Origin: Octopus vulgaris
Lineage: Eukaryota
Length of the DNA: 64,000 bases
Reading direction: 5' to 3'
Assembly (NCBI GenBank): GCA_951406725.2
Contig: OX597816.1
Location: 113,894,001-113,958,000, forward strand
In this document: positions 12,611 to 26,120 of the stretch, one piece after another
Numbering within the stretch: position 1 is the stretch's first letter
How the letters are laid out: each line of letters opens with the position of its first letter
The notes under the pieces: model-generated
What the model saw: only the letters and a program-made list of their open reading frames with translations
Databases searched by the model: none
Told to the model about the DNA's origin: nothing
Translations under genes and position numbers: made by a program

Positions 12611-13010
12611 TAGGCGCAGGAGTGGCTGTCTGGTAAGTAGCTTGTTTACCAACCACATGGTCCCGGGTTCAGTCCCACTGCGTGGAACCTTGGGCAAGTG
12701 TCTTCTACTATAGCCTCGGGCCGACCAAAGCCTTGTGAGTGGATTTGGTAGACGGAAACTGAAAGAAGCCCGTCGTATATATGTATATATATATATGTGT
12801 GTGTGTTTGTGTGTCTGTGTTTGTCCCCCTAGCATTGCTTGACAACCGATGCTGGTGTGTTTATGTCCCCGTTACTTAGCGGTTCGGCAAAAGAGACCGA
12901 TAGAATAAGTACTGGGCTTACAAAAGAATAAGTCCCGGGGTCGAGTTGCTCGATTAAAGGCTATGCTCCAGCATGGCCGCAGTCAAATGACTGAAACAAG
13001 TAAAAAAAGA
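12611..13010 (+). mobile_element. SINE family A, full length (tRNA-like head, CORE-like segment, internal microsatellite, A-rich tail)
   Basis: A-box-like tggctgtctggt, B-box-like ggttcagtccc and CORE-like ccttgggcaagtg; homologous to 25696-26120 and 57423-57815. Confidence 0.85.
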
Positions 13011-13755
13011 TTATAAAAATATATACAGACATTGCGCATTAGTCCAAGTGGATAGGCGTGTATGATTTTCTTTTCCCTATTTTAAGAATAGGGTAAAGTG
13101 CTGGTGGTGGGTATATGTGTGTGTGTGTGTGTGTGTGATTTGTGAGTGTGGAAACGCATAAGGGTGCCATAAATGTTTTAGGAACCTTTTTAGCTTCTTC
13201 AGAAATTTAGTAAAATCTCATTTAAAGGTCATCACCTTGTTACTCTGAACTGAAATAATTTTGAGAGGTTTCCTTCCTAATGAACAGGTTTTTAACGATG
13301 ACATCTGAATGTTTCAATTCTTAGATGGTAAAATTAATACCACCACACGGTCCTTGCTGCCTTTAGTAAAGTTTACTTTGCAACCATTCAGACCATGTTG
13401 CTGATATGAGAGAAAAAAAAATTACTCCCTTTCTACCCATAATCTCAGGGGATATGGAAAAATGAAAGATCATGAGTACTGCCCATCACTTTCCTTGATT
13501 AACTGGCAAGAAAATATGCATCAAAATCTGAACAGAAAAAGCATACTTTGCTAACAAGCTATATTTGTTTTATATTTAAGAGATGAGGAATTATGTACAT
13601 TATTTACATTATTTACAATTGATGGATATTTGTCCTCATCTTGTTTGTTGTTAACACAACATTTTGGCTGATACACCCTCCAGGTGTCTTGGGGAAATTT
13701 CGAACCTGGGTTCTCCTTCCTAAGGTATTTTTTGATGTTGTTATTATTATTATTA

Positions 13756-13826
13756 TATGGTGTAGTGGTTAAGAGCAACGGGCTACTAACGCCAAGATTC
13801 CGAGTTTGATTCCAGGCAGTGACCTG
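13756..13826 (+). promoter_or_regulatory. tRNA-derived head with Pol III A-box and B-box-like motifs (not a functional tRNA)
   Basis: tggtgtagtggttaag (A box), ctactaa anticodon-like loop and gagtttgattcc (B box with a C>T change); acceptor stem is poor. Confidence 0.65.
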
Positions 13827-13896
13827 AATAATAATAATAATAACAACATCGAAAAATACCTTAGGAATGAGAACCCAGGTTCGAAATTTCCCCAAG

Positions 13897-13940
13897 ACAC
13901 CTGAAGAAGGCTGGAGGGTATATCAGCTGAAACATTGTGT
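13897..13940 (+). ncRNA. Minimal type I hammerhead motif
   Basis: ACAC-CTGAAGA-A-GGCTG-gagggtatat-CAGCT-GAA-ACAT-T-GTGT. The two arms together imply an ancestral CAGCCGAAACGTT. Confidence 0.7.
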
Positions 13941-14049
13941 TAACAACAAACAAGATGAGGACAAATATCCGTTGAATGTAAATAATGTAAATAATGTAAA
14001 GCTATATTTGTTCTTTAAAGTCTGCTGACACTCCTTTTGATATTGATTT

Positions 14050-14258
14050 CAAATTTTGAAACAAGGCCAGCAATTTTGGGGGAGTGGGCTAGTCACTTAC
14101 ATTGACTCCAGTACTCAACTGGTACTTATTTTATCAACCTTGAAAGGATGAAAGCAAAGTCAACCTCAGTGGGATTTGAACCTCAGAATGTAGACAGATG
14201 AAATGCCGCTAAGCATTTTGCCCAGCATACTAACAATTCTGCCAGCTTGCCACCTTAT
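14050..14258 (-). mobile_element. SINE family B
   Basis: Same motif chain as 25410-25646. Confidence 0.8.
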
Positions 14259-14513
14259 CATTCCTTTTAATATTAACTAGAAAAGTATATCTTTTGTAAA
14301 ACCATATACCTACAGTACAAAATCCTGTTAGTTTTGTTGTAGCTCTTAATCACATAAAGTCCTATTCTCCAATCTTTTATACAGAATTAGGCTTAATTTA
14401 TGGACATAGGCCTCCAATACTCTAAAATTCCTTAAGCCATTACAATTTCAAAATTGGTAATAATTTATCTTATACACAACTGCACAAGCATTAAATTTAT
14501 TACTATACTGTAA

Positions 14514-14705
14514 CCCTTTAGCATTTAAACCGGACATGTTTTATACTCAAACTAGCCAGATCTGACCTCAAACACCTATCCTATTATGTTATTCTAAAAA
14601 TAAATCCCATCAGTGAAAGCTTGACGCTATGAGATAATACATGGTTAATTCAAAACAATGCGAATAAATAAGCATTACATTCAGAGTAATCTGAATGCTA
14701 AGGGG
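14514..14705. mobile_element. piggyBac-type MITE
   Basis: (g)TAA-CCCTTTAGCATT ... AATGCTAAGGGG-TTAA; second copy at 35811-36106. Confidence 0.8.
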
Positions 14706-16631
14706 TTAAATAACCTCTGCATCATACCATAAAGCCTTTTCCTCTTAATAAAAATTAAACACCCTCAAAATATATTTCTTCATGACAAACAGCATATTTC
14801 CAATATCAATTTTCGCTGTTTTACAATTATTATAACTCTTATAATTCCTAATTATATCTCAGAAATACAAAGCAACTGCTTATTATATGCCTAGAATTTT
14901 TACCTTAAACAAGTTCTACTTTAATTATTTAAACATTGGTTTAATTTTTTGTACATAAATACTACCAGATATTTTAAAATTATTCAACCTTTACTAACAT
15001 ATTTTTATTAAAATTACACATTTTATTCTTTAGTTTCATTAATCTTTCTTTATTGTTTTGACTGATTATATATTATTTTACTGAACTATTATCTCAACAG
15101 CCCTCTTTTAAATTATACTGAATTCTTTAATATAACTTTTCATTTGCCTGATTTCTATTTTATTTCTAATGCAAGTTTGTGTATGTATGTATATGTGTAA
15201 GCATACATGTGTGAGTATGATTACATTTGTATGTGTGCATTCTTAAATGTATACATGCATTTATAAATATATGTACATATTCATATATTATATTATGTTT
15301 GCGTATATTTTCATATTGTTTCCACTTAATTCTTCTATGCGTTTTTGAGATTTACATGCTTTGTTTACCATTTCATGTATCTTTATATCTTTGACATTTG
15401 TTAAGAAAGTTCAACAATTCCTTTTAATCTACTACCTGAACTACTGATCATCTACTCAAAATTATTTTGCAATTATAAATTTTTCCTTTTTACGCTTACA
15501 TAGCTAGCAATGGACACAACTTTCTCTACATACTGCTTTTAATTTAAATAAGGAATTTACAGCACAATTCCTCTGTAATCAGACAAGCATTATCATGAAT
15601 ATTTTCTTAAATACAAAATAATTCTTTTTTTATAGTTCAAAAATAGAGAAGTTTTTTATTATATTTAAGCTGTATATTTTTTTTGCGAATAATTTTTTTA
15701 CTTTTACCGTTTGTACTTATTAACAGTTATGTTTATGATTCAGTTTTTTCAAAATTTAATTTTTATAAATTGTAAGTTCAATATCTGCAATTCACTTCTA
15801 CAAACTTCCATGCTTGTTACTCCACATTTTCATGAGTACCCAAGTATATATTTCATTTTTTAATTATATCCACAATCTCTTATATACAAAATATAGCTAT
15901 TATATTTTGTTTAACTGTCTTATTTCAAATGAAGCTCTTTGTATCTTAATAAATTAAACAAACATTCTAAATTTGTTTAAATTCCTAACATATTTAACCT
16001 ATATTTAAACTAGTTTATAGAGTCCCTTTTGTCACATTTCCATTTGTGTAAAGATGGAATAAGTTCTATTTTTACAAAATATCTATTGCGTCTGGTTTTG
16101 CTTTTACTTTCATCATTTTTACATTATCTTAAATAGAAGGAGCATTTTTTTCCTCATAGTTATAAATTCCCATTACTGTTATTTAAATTAAATATTTCAT
16201 AATAAAGAATATTATTTAAAAATTTTTTGCTTTTCTATAATTATTAATATTCTTCAAAATACATTTAAAAAAAAACAACTTTTGCTTCTTGAATATCTTA
16301 CTTTGAAAAATTAAAAATATTTTATATACCTTGCTCTAATACAATTTAATTTTGCAATGCATTTTTTCTTAATTTTATCTATTTATGTCAGTTATTAAGA
16401 AACAGACAGTCATGTTCAAATTTCAAATCTTAGAGACTTTATTTTCAGATTTTTGACTGTTGGAATAACCAATAAAATTATAGGCGTATATACGAAACAC
16501 AACTTACACATACACACAAATAGTTCCTTGAATCAATTCTGGTTACATAATTTTATGTTAGAAAGATGAGTCTGAGAAGTGAGGCACCTTGCTGTTTAGC
16601 CATAGGACTGCTCGATCCGGGCTGCATGGCC

Positions 16632-17068
16632 CTATTATAAAAAGTTTACTTCCCAACGACATGGTCCTGGGTTCGATCCTACTGCATGGCACCAAGTTTT
16701 TTTGGCTATAACCTCAGGTTGAAAAGCCTTGAGGATGGATTTGGTAGGAAGAAACTGAAAGAACATCGTGTGTGTATGTGTGTGTGTGTGTGTGGAATGT
16801 ATGTACTTGTGTGTGTTACTGTCTTCTTGCTTTGACAATGAGTGAAAGTTCTAAATATGTCTCCATCATACAAGCGGTGTTCCTTGTTCATATTCTTCCA
16901 CAAAAATGTCTGATTATGGGGAAATTTTACCTTAATTGGAATCAAGTGGGAGTAGGTGACAGGAAGGGCATCTAAGCATTGAAAATCTGCCTCAAGAAAA
17001 TTCCGTCCAACTTATGTGATCATGGAAAGGGGACATTAAAATGATGATGATGATGATGATGATGATGA
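16632..17068 (+). mobile_element. SINE with family-A-like head and RTE-like (GAT)n tail
   Basis: Head ..cctgggttcgatcc..ggatttggtag; tail catggaaaggggacattaaaatgatgatg. Related tails at 17250-17490 (-), 26160-26430 and 26730-26880. Confidence 0.65.
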
Positions 17069-17576
17069 TACATGTATGTATATATATATCTATCTATGTG
17101 TGTGTACATGTATATATATATACACATATGCATTAATGTATACACACAAACACACACGCACACACACACGTACACACATAAATATATATATATACATATA
17201 ATATAAAGTTATACATACATGTATACACACATACATTCATACATACATGTATCATAATGTCCATACTCCTAGGCTTGCATGGGTTGCATAGAATTTATAG
17301 AGGCAGATTTTCCATGGCTTGTTACCCTTCCAGTCACCAATCCTCACCCAGTTCCAAGCAAGGAAATATTTCTTTATGACCAGACATGTTTTTGCAGAAT
17401 ATTGGAACTGAATGACATAACTTTTATGACAGCAACAGTCTTTAACATTCATCACTTGATGTCTAGACAAGGAGACACAAAAATACACGCATTCACACAC
17501 ACTAGCATATATAAATATGTATAACATATGTATGTACATATATATATTTGCATGTATATATGTTTTTATATATCTA

Positions 17577-18751
17577 CTAGCTGAAGGTGACCCGCTCTAC
17601 GCGCGGGTAAGAGTGTGGTTGTTACTTTCTGTTGCTTCCTTTCAACATGTAAAAAGCACCATCCGAACGTGGCCGATTGCAGCACCGCCTTGACTGGCTT
17701 CTGGGCTGATGGCACGTAAAAAGCACCAACTGATCGTGGCCGCTGCCAGCCCCCCTGGCACCTGTGCTGGCGGCACGAAAAAAGCACCCACTACGCTCAC
17801 AGAGTGGTTGGCGTTAGGAAGGGCATCCACCTGTAGAAACACTGCCAGATCAGACTGGAGCCTAGTGCAGCCTCCTGGCTTCCCAGACTCCGGTCAAACT
17901 GTCCAACCCATGCTAGCACGGAAAATGGACGATAAACGATGATGATGATGATGATGATGATGATTCTCCCTCTTTGTTTCTCTCTCACTTTCCCCACTCT
18001 CTTACTCTTCCTTTCTCTCGGACTCTCCCTCGCTTTTTCTTACTCTCTATCTTAATCTATCTCTCTCCCATTTATAAACCACAAAAGATCTTGAGTAAGT
18101 TGAGAAATAAAATATTTAGAAAGATCAATCATAAATATCAGGCAGTAACAATGGAAAGGTCTGCTTCAAGGCAGACAGCAAAACACTAACATTTAAAAGG
18201 GACAGACGAACTTGCGAGCTGAATAAAAATAATAAAATATTGGAAACCAAAGTTTGAAGGGATAGAATGTGAGGATAGTAGAGTCACCATGGCTGGCATT
18301 TCTTAATGACGGACAGCAACGTTTTGACAGTTTAACGGCTGGCGTAAAATTTTGAACTTGATGTAAAAGAAAACCCCTAAACACCAAGTTTTGAAGTGAT
18401 TCTTTCTCACGACAGTAGACTCACCATGGCAAGCATTCAAAACTTCTTCATCATGGACCGCAACACATTGACGATTAAAAGGCTGGCGCAAATTTTTTAG
18501 CTTGAATTCCTAAACACCCACTCGTTTAAATTTTAATCCCCTTCCAGCCCCATTTAGACCCTTTTCACATTTTGGTTAATAGAACCCGATTTCATTTGGG
18601 TCTACTGGGGCCACATTTTATAAGATGAGGAATTTTGTCCTAGAGGTCACGCCTTTCATTTGAGGGGAAAAAAATAGTTGTTATGCAAACTTGCGAGCAC
18701 TTTTAACATAGGTCTGCATATTTTCAGCTCAACCGACCACATAATGCACAC

Positions 18752-18796
<45 letters not shown>

Positions 18797-19547
18797 GCGT
18801 GTGTGTGTGTGTGTTGGAGTCTCTCTCATATGTGAGTGTTGACGCTGAATTCGACTGGTAAGCAGGTAACCTTGTCTTTGTTGAAATAGTTGTGAGCTGC
18901 TGGAGTTATTTCTCTGACGGGTAATAGGAATTTCCATATCCTCCGAGGAAATTAACTGTTGACCCAGACAATTAGAATTAATTTTAATAAAAGCATCAAT
19001 TTAAGAAAAAATAATAAAGTAGTAAAAAATGAAAATTTAGCATGAAAAATTTGCAGGGTTCTAAATAAATGTTAAAATGTAATAGATACGAAAAACCTAC
19101 GTTATCACCAGAACACGAACGCTGGTTGGTGTGTTCTGTTTGTATTTGCTCTGTCGGCGCATTGACAGGCAGGCAATAGAATGCGATTGCGGTGGCGATG
19201 ATAATTCTCTCTATGAATGCAGATAGATACATAAAAGAAGGCCGTTTGAGGAAGTGAAAGTAATGGGAATGTATGAAATAGAGTGAGTGAAAAAGTGCTG
19301 GGAAGAGAGGAAATAGCGAGAGTGAGTTGAGGAAGACAGATACATTAAAGAACTGGAGTGGACTTGTCAAAGTGGGTTTTTAGCCCTAGCAACGACACCT
19401 TTTAAGATAGGGATTTCTAAGGTAGCCCACGGGCATCGTCACCTCATTTTACATGTCCCTGTAAATTTTGGAGTCAATCGGACGGGATGTAGTGGCCTTG
19501 AAAGCGATCCAAGCGGTAAAAATGCATTTCAGTTTTATATAGAGAGA
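17577..19547 (-). mobile_element. Non-autonomous Helitron (possibly composite), interrupted by an RTE tail and microsatellites
   Basis: Minus-strand 3' end has hairpin ACCCGC-7nt-GCGGGT (17590-17608) followed by CTAG|T at 17577. Candidate 5' end is A|TCTCTCTATATAAAACTG at 19547. Confidence 0.65.
17643..17963 (+). mobile_element. RTE-like LINE 3' UTR fragment with (GAT)n tail
   Basis: Close homolog of 2108-2377. Confidence 0.8.
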
Positions 19548-19601
19548 TATATATGTGTGAGTGTATGTGTGTATCTCTCTCTCTCTCTCTTTCTCTCTTT
19601 C

Positions 19602-19633
<32 letters not shown>

Positions 19634-20059
19634 TATCGTTTGTAGAAAAACACAAATCTGGAGAAGAAGCACACTCTAAGATGTAGAGCAGTTAATATTA
19701 TGATGGGGGAGGCTGGTTTAGGCCTCCCCCATTATTGTATATGTATGTATATATATATATATATATATATGTATATACAAACATACATATATATATACAC
19801 ACACATATACACACACATGATGTATGCACTCATACATACATGATAGGCTTCTTCTAGTTTCTATCAACCAAATCCACAATCCACTCATGGTTTTGGTCAG
19901 ATGATGGCTATGCTATAAGACACTTTGCAAAGGTACCATGCAGTGGAATTGAACCTGAATCTTAAAGTTGGGAAGTAAACCTTTTAACCATACAGCCATA
20001 CTTGTGTTACACATGCACACAAACACCGACATACACACACACACACACACACACACATA

Positions 20060-21305
20060 TCAGGTCATCCCATAAGTTCTGTCCGATTTTACTTATTTTA
20101 AAATTGAATGAAATTTAATAGTATTTTAGAATGTCTAATGGAATTAAAAATTATTGTGTACATTTAAACTAATTAAATATTATTTTATGGAATAGTAGAA
20201 TTAAAATTTCTTTGATTATAACCCTTTCTAACATGGAAGTATCCAAAGAGCATTTGAGGCACATAATGTTTTATGAGTACAAAAAAGGAAACTCTGCAGC
20301 TGAAGTGACTCGAAACATACACTCAGTTTATGGGAAAGAATGCTTGAATGAAAGAACCTGCAGAAGATGGCTTGCAAAATTCAGAAGTGGAGATTTCAGC
20401 CTTGAAGATGAAGATCGAACAGGACATCCAGTTGAGTTTGATTATAAGCTCTTTGAGGCATTACTTGAAGAAAATCCTGACTTATCAGTTAAATAATTGG
20501 CAATAAAGCTTAGTTCAAACCATACAACTGTTCATCGTCATCTTCAACAACTTGGAAAGCTTCCTAAACTTGGAAAATGGGTGCCTCGTGATTTGTCCAA
20601 AAGCAACCACAAATCCCGAGTTGACATCTGCTCTTCTCTCCATTCTCACGAACTCATTTCACCCTTTTTGGATAGATTTGTGACTGCAAAATATTGTAAA
20701 CAGTGGCTTGGTAAAAGGGAAAAAGCTCAACCACAACCAAAAAGGGAACTTCAGGGAAAAAAGGTCTTCTCTCTTTCTGGTGGGATTGTAAAGGGGTAAT
20801 TCACTTTGAATTGTTACCACCTAATGCAACAATCAATGCTCAAGTCTACTGTCAGCAATTAGAGCGTTTCAACCAAACTTTGAAGAAAAAAGACCAACTT
20901 TAGTGAATTGAAAAGGAGTGATGTTTCATCAGGACAATGCATGACCCCATACTGCAAAGATTATATCACAGAAGATTGAAGAGTTTGGTTGGGAAAAAAA
21001 TTCCTCATCCACCTTATTCTCTTGACCTTGCTCCTTCAGACTGCCATTTGTTTTGTAGTTTACAGAATCATTTGGGGGACATAACTTTTGCAAGCCAGGT
21101 GGAGGTCGAAACTGACATTTCAGAGTTCTTCACTTTGAAACCAAAAGAGTTTTATATTGATGGGATTAAAAGGTTTGTATATAGATGGAAGGAAGTCATA
21201 GATAATCAGGGAAAGTACATTGATGATTAAATTTTAATTAAATATTACATTTGATCACTTGTTTTCTTTATTCAAAATTCAGACAGAACTTATGGGATGA
21301 CCTGA
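20060..21305 (+). mobile_element. mariner DNA transposon, near full length
   Basis: TIRs tcaggtcatcccataagttctgtc / gacagaacttatgggatgacctga with TA on both sides; about 1.25 kb long. Confidence 0.95.
20233..21230 (+). pseudogene. mariner transposase pseudogene
   Basis: HTH region (RRWLAKFRSGDFSLED), WVPRDL, HQDNA and HPPYSLDLAPSDCHLF motifs. Contains stops, frameshifts and a deletion at the first catalytic Asp. Confidence 0.93.
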
Positions 21306-22200
21306 TATATGTATCTCATATATGTGTTTGTGTGTGTTTGTATATATGCATATTTATACTCTTTGTGAGTCTTCATATTCATTGCACAACACAATGGACA
21401 GACTATATTCATGGGTCAGAAACAAAGCTAAACACCACACCGATGATGCATGAGTCTAATGGCTAAATTCAAATTCTGATTTTAATATCCATAGTAATTA
21501 CAGTAGCCTTGACTACAGTAAATAGCCAACAATATATGCTAAAATCACTTAGTCTTGAAGATGAGACTTTGAAGGTCTAGAAGCAATGATAATGGATTTA
21601 GAAACTTTATTGTTTCAAACAAACTGAAAGGAAATGATAGTAATATTATGAAAAAGCCTTGATAAAAGTGATAAAACTGGCACATTGTTGTGTTTTCAAT
21701 ACAGCATGTCTAAAAGAAAAGTTATTCCTCATATATACAAATACACATACATACAGGCACACATACATGCACACACACATGTGCACACACACACACACAC
21801 ACACATATGAAGAAAGAAAGACAGAGTTGATAGTGCATGTATATGTATGCATGTATGTGCGTATGCAAGTGTGAATATGCATACATGTATATATATATAT
21901 ATATGTATGTATGCTTAGAAATAAATGTATATAAATTATAGTTACAAGAAGGTACTGAATGTACAACCAGTGTTGGCTCAGTATTGTTTTATTCTCATTT
22001 CTACAGGACTTCACTTTAATGTTTGTTTGTGCATGTATTGGTGTGCATATATGTATGTTTGTGTGTGTGCACATGTGTGTATATGCTTGCATATTCTCAT
22101 AAACATACATATATGTACTTAAGAGGAATATGAAATCTATATATTCGTTCTCATTTTATTACGGATATCTGTTATATCAAATATACTTAGATGTATACAT

Positions 22201-22239
<39 letters not shown>

Positions 22240-22436
22240 TTTATATATGTGTGTATATATAAATGTATACATGTTTATATATATGTATACATGTATATAT
22301 ATATATATATATATGTATACATGTATATATATATATATATAAGAATATACATGTATATATTCATAAATATATACATATTCATAAATGTATATATTCATAA
22401 ATATATATATATATGTATATGCATATATATAAGTAT

Positions 22437-22473
<37 letters not shown>

Positions 22474-24146
22474 CACACTCACATAAATATACATATTTGT
22501 GTGCATACATGTTTATATATGTATATATATATATATAGAGTGAAAAAAACTTTTCTATTTTAATACAATTCAATTGTATTTTTATAAATGGCATATCTCT
22601 GTTTCTTATTTTGTTTTTGTTCTTCATATCACCTCAAATCAACTACATTATGTGAAATTAAATTGTATTTCAAAATGATATTACTTTAATATTCATATGT
22701 GCGTGTATGTATATGTATATGTACAAGAATATCCATGTGCACAATATGCTCACTCTGATATATATATATATATAATTATATATTTATATATCAGTAGTTA
22801 TCTGTCTGCATATATTTGATAGTGTGTATGTATAGGGGTGGGGTACACATGTAAGAAGCAAGAGAAAGGAGATAAAGAGAGAGAGAGAGAGAGCAAGATA
22901 TGTAGATATATGTATATATATGTTACATATGCAAATACAGAAAGGAAGGGAAAGATAAATAGATAAAGGAAAGTTTGAATACATTTTCTATCTTGCTGTT
23001 ACAGCCAGAAAAATTTCATTTCATTTTAAGCAATCTTTTATTTGTTTTGTCTTATCTATTTCAAGACCATTTGCTAATACAAAGCATGTCACTTTTGTTT
23101 TTCATTCATTATTTATTTATCAATGTAGTTGCTGGGAAATATTAAATAATCACGAGAAGCATATTATACCACTGGCATTTCTAGCATTATGCCTCCATGT
23201 ACAAATCTCTCACTCACTCAGTTGCTCTTTATCTCTCTCCCCCTTCTCTCTCTCTCTCTCTCTCATTCTTTCTTTGTTTCTTCCAGTCGCTATCTCTATC
23301 TCTCTCATAATTCTAGAATGCTTCCATGCTATGTAAGAGAAAATTCCCTCAAAAGATAAAACTATAGAATTTAAAAAAAAAAAATTTAAAAAACATTTTT
23401 AACAGATGAATCATGGCAGACGTTTTAGCAAGACTGGGTACAAATTTAGATTACTCAATTGAAAAGTTAGGTGGTTCTTGTCTATACAAACAAAGCAATT
23501 CTGTATATTGGCACACAAGCATACGTACTCACATACACAGACACATACACGCATACACAAACACAAACACAGACACACACACATGAACACACACACACAC
23601 ACACAAAGAAAATAAATAAATATATAAATATATAAATTAAATAAAATATACATAATATAAATATGCATGCATGCATATATATATATATATATATACATAT
23701 ATAAATATTTATATTTATATATATATATATATATATACATTTGTATACATATATGTACGTATGTATTTATGTATATATATATATATATATATACGTATGT
23801 ATTTATATATATATATATATACGTGCTGGAAAAAATGTTTTACAACTATTTATGATCTGCTGCTGGATGTGCCATGAAAGCAAAGAGACATAGAAGTGAA
23901 TGTTAACAATAAATTATTATCAATACCAATGATATTTCCATTTTAAAACACATTGCTACTATTTTATGTAACTTTTATTTTAACTCTTGCAAATATTCCC
24001 ATAAAGAAAAACTGTAATTTTTTTTTTTTTCAGGAAAAACAGGCTCTTCAAATTCTTAGTATATTTTCAGTACTAAAAGTAGTTATAAAAGCATCATACT
24101 TAAGATTAAATTTTTTTTAAAGTTTAGTTCACTTATCATTATCATG

Positions 24147-24194
<48 letters not shown>

Positions 24195-24602
24195 TTTTTT
24201 TTTTTTTTTTATATATATATTTTCAAAAATAAATGAAGATATCTACATATTTTTATACAAATTTTAGATGAATTTCTTCTTAGAGATTCATGATATACTT
24301 TTAAAACAATTAAATAATCAAGTATAATTTCGAAATATTTCTAAAATTTTTAATGGGTATTATGTCATCGGTGTTAACTTTGAATTCCTTGAGAATTTTT
24401 GCCTGTGATGGTGAAGTTATCCATTCAGTTATGTTAAGAATTCCATTTACCAACCACAAGCGATATATTCTTTAATATATTGTTCTGTTAAAGGTTTCAA
24501 ACATTGGACTGTGGCCTTGCTGGAGCACTCCCTTAAAAGGTTTTAATTAATCATATTTACTCAACTATTTATTTTAATCTTGTACTTACTTTTTATCAAT
24601 CT

Positions 24603-25000
24603 ATAGGCAAAAGCATGGCTGAATGGTTAAGAAGTTTGCTTTCCAAGCATGTGGTCTTGAGTTCAGTTCCACTTCATAGCACCTTGGGCAAATGTCTTCT
24701 ACTATAGCTCTGGGTTAACCAAAACCTTATGAGTGGATTTGGTAGATGGAAACTGGAAGAAGCCTGTCATATATATATCCTTTATATTTTACTGGTTTCA
24801 GTCATTTGACTGTGGTCATGCTGGGGTATCTCCTTGAAGGATTTTAGTCATATGAATCAACCCCAATACCTTTTTCCTTTAAAGCCTGGTACTTACTCTA
24901 TTGATGTCTTGTACTGAACTGCTAAGTTACAGGGACATAAACACCAACACTGGTTGTCAAGTGTGGTGGTGGAGAAACACGGCCACAAAGACACACACAC

Positions 25001-25046
<46 letters not shown>

Positions 25047-25130
25047 GATGGGCTTCTTTCAGTTTTCATCTACCAAATCTACTCACAAGTCTTTAGTCAG
25101 CCCAAAGATATAGTAGAAGAAACTTGCCCA
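24603..25130. mobile_element. Two SINE family A fragments in opposite orientation
   Basis: Plus-strand head at 24603-24770 and minus-strand copy at 24778-25130. Confidence 0.7.
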
Positions 25131-25409
25131 ATGTACCAATGTACTTGCCCAATACATACAATGTATGTATTTCTGTCAGCTGTTCATAAGTCTGTAAAAG
25201 AAGCACACTCTAAAAGATGTTTTGAGCAGCAATAAGGTAGCTGGTAGTTATAGCCAGTCAGAATGTGGCACATAACATTTTTACTAGTAAAGAGGTTATG
25301 GGCCTCTTTGCTCTTTATTAGTAAAGAGGTTATGTACCATTGGTCAGCAGGTCTGGTGAGCCACATATATTGCTAAGAACAATAATAAAACATGAAACCA
25401 ATGGTAACT

Positions 25410-25646
25410 TTCTTATTTCTTTATTGCTTACAAGGGGCTAAACATAGAGGGGATAAACAAGGACAGTCAAAGGGATTAAGCCGATTACATCGACCCCAGT
25501 GCGTAACTGGTACTTAATTTATCGACCCCGAAAGGATGAAAGGCAAAGTCGACCTCGGCGGAATTTGAACTCAGAACGTAACAGCAGACGAAATACAGCT
25601 AAGCATTTCGGCCGGTGCGCTAACATTTCTGCCTGTTTGCCACCTT
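25410..25646 (-). mobile_element. SINE family B, young copy with TSD
   Basis: CpG-rich and flanked by aatggtaact at 25400-25409 and 25647-25656. Confidence 0.9.
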
Positions 25647-25695
25647 AATGGTAACTCTTTGACTGGTCAAAACCAATGACTACATTGAATATATA

Positions 25696-25859
25696 TAGGT
25701 GCAGGAGTGGCTGTGTGGTAAGAAGCTTCCTTCTCAACCACATGGTTCCAGGTTCAGTCTCACTGCATGGCACCTTGGGTAAGTGTTTCCTACTATAGCC
25801 TCAGGCTGATCAAAGCCTTGTGAGTGGGTTTGGTAGACGGAAACTGAAAGAAGCCTGTC

Positions 25860-25903
<44 letters not shown>

Positions 25904-26120
25904 ATGTAAGTATTTGTGTCTGTGTTTGTCCCCTACCATCGCTTGACAGCTGATGTTGGTGTGCCTACATCCCCATAACTTAGTGGTTTGGCAAAAGACA
26001 CCAATAGAATAAGTACCAGGCTTACAAAGAGTAAGTCCTGGGGTCGATTTGTTCAACTAAAGGTGGTGCTCCAGCATGGCCACAGTCAAATGACTGAAAC
26101 AAAAAAAAAAGGATAAAAGA
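25696..26120 (+). mobile_element. SINE family A, full length
   Basis: Homologous throughout to 12611-13010. Confidence 0.85.

Larger units (their letters stand above)
13556..14012. mobile_element. Foldback element with central tRNA-like cassette, hammerhead motif and 14-bp TSD
   Basis: Arms ~13596-13755 and ~13827-13998 are reverse complements; direct repeat aagctatatttgtt at 13556-13569 and 13999-14012. Confidence 0.85.

Noticed and set aside
13756-13826. tRNA gene
   Set aside because: The acceptor stem does not pair well, the B box is mutated and there is no T-run terminator; it is embedded in a repeat, so it is treated as a tRNA-derived head.
14900-16300. Faint L1/Tx1-like RT motifs in order on the minus strand; similar faint relics near 7950-8560 and 45850-47000
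   Set aside because: Too decayed to support by eye; needs a translated HMM search.
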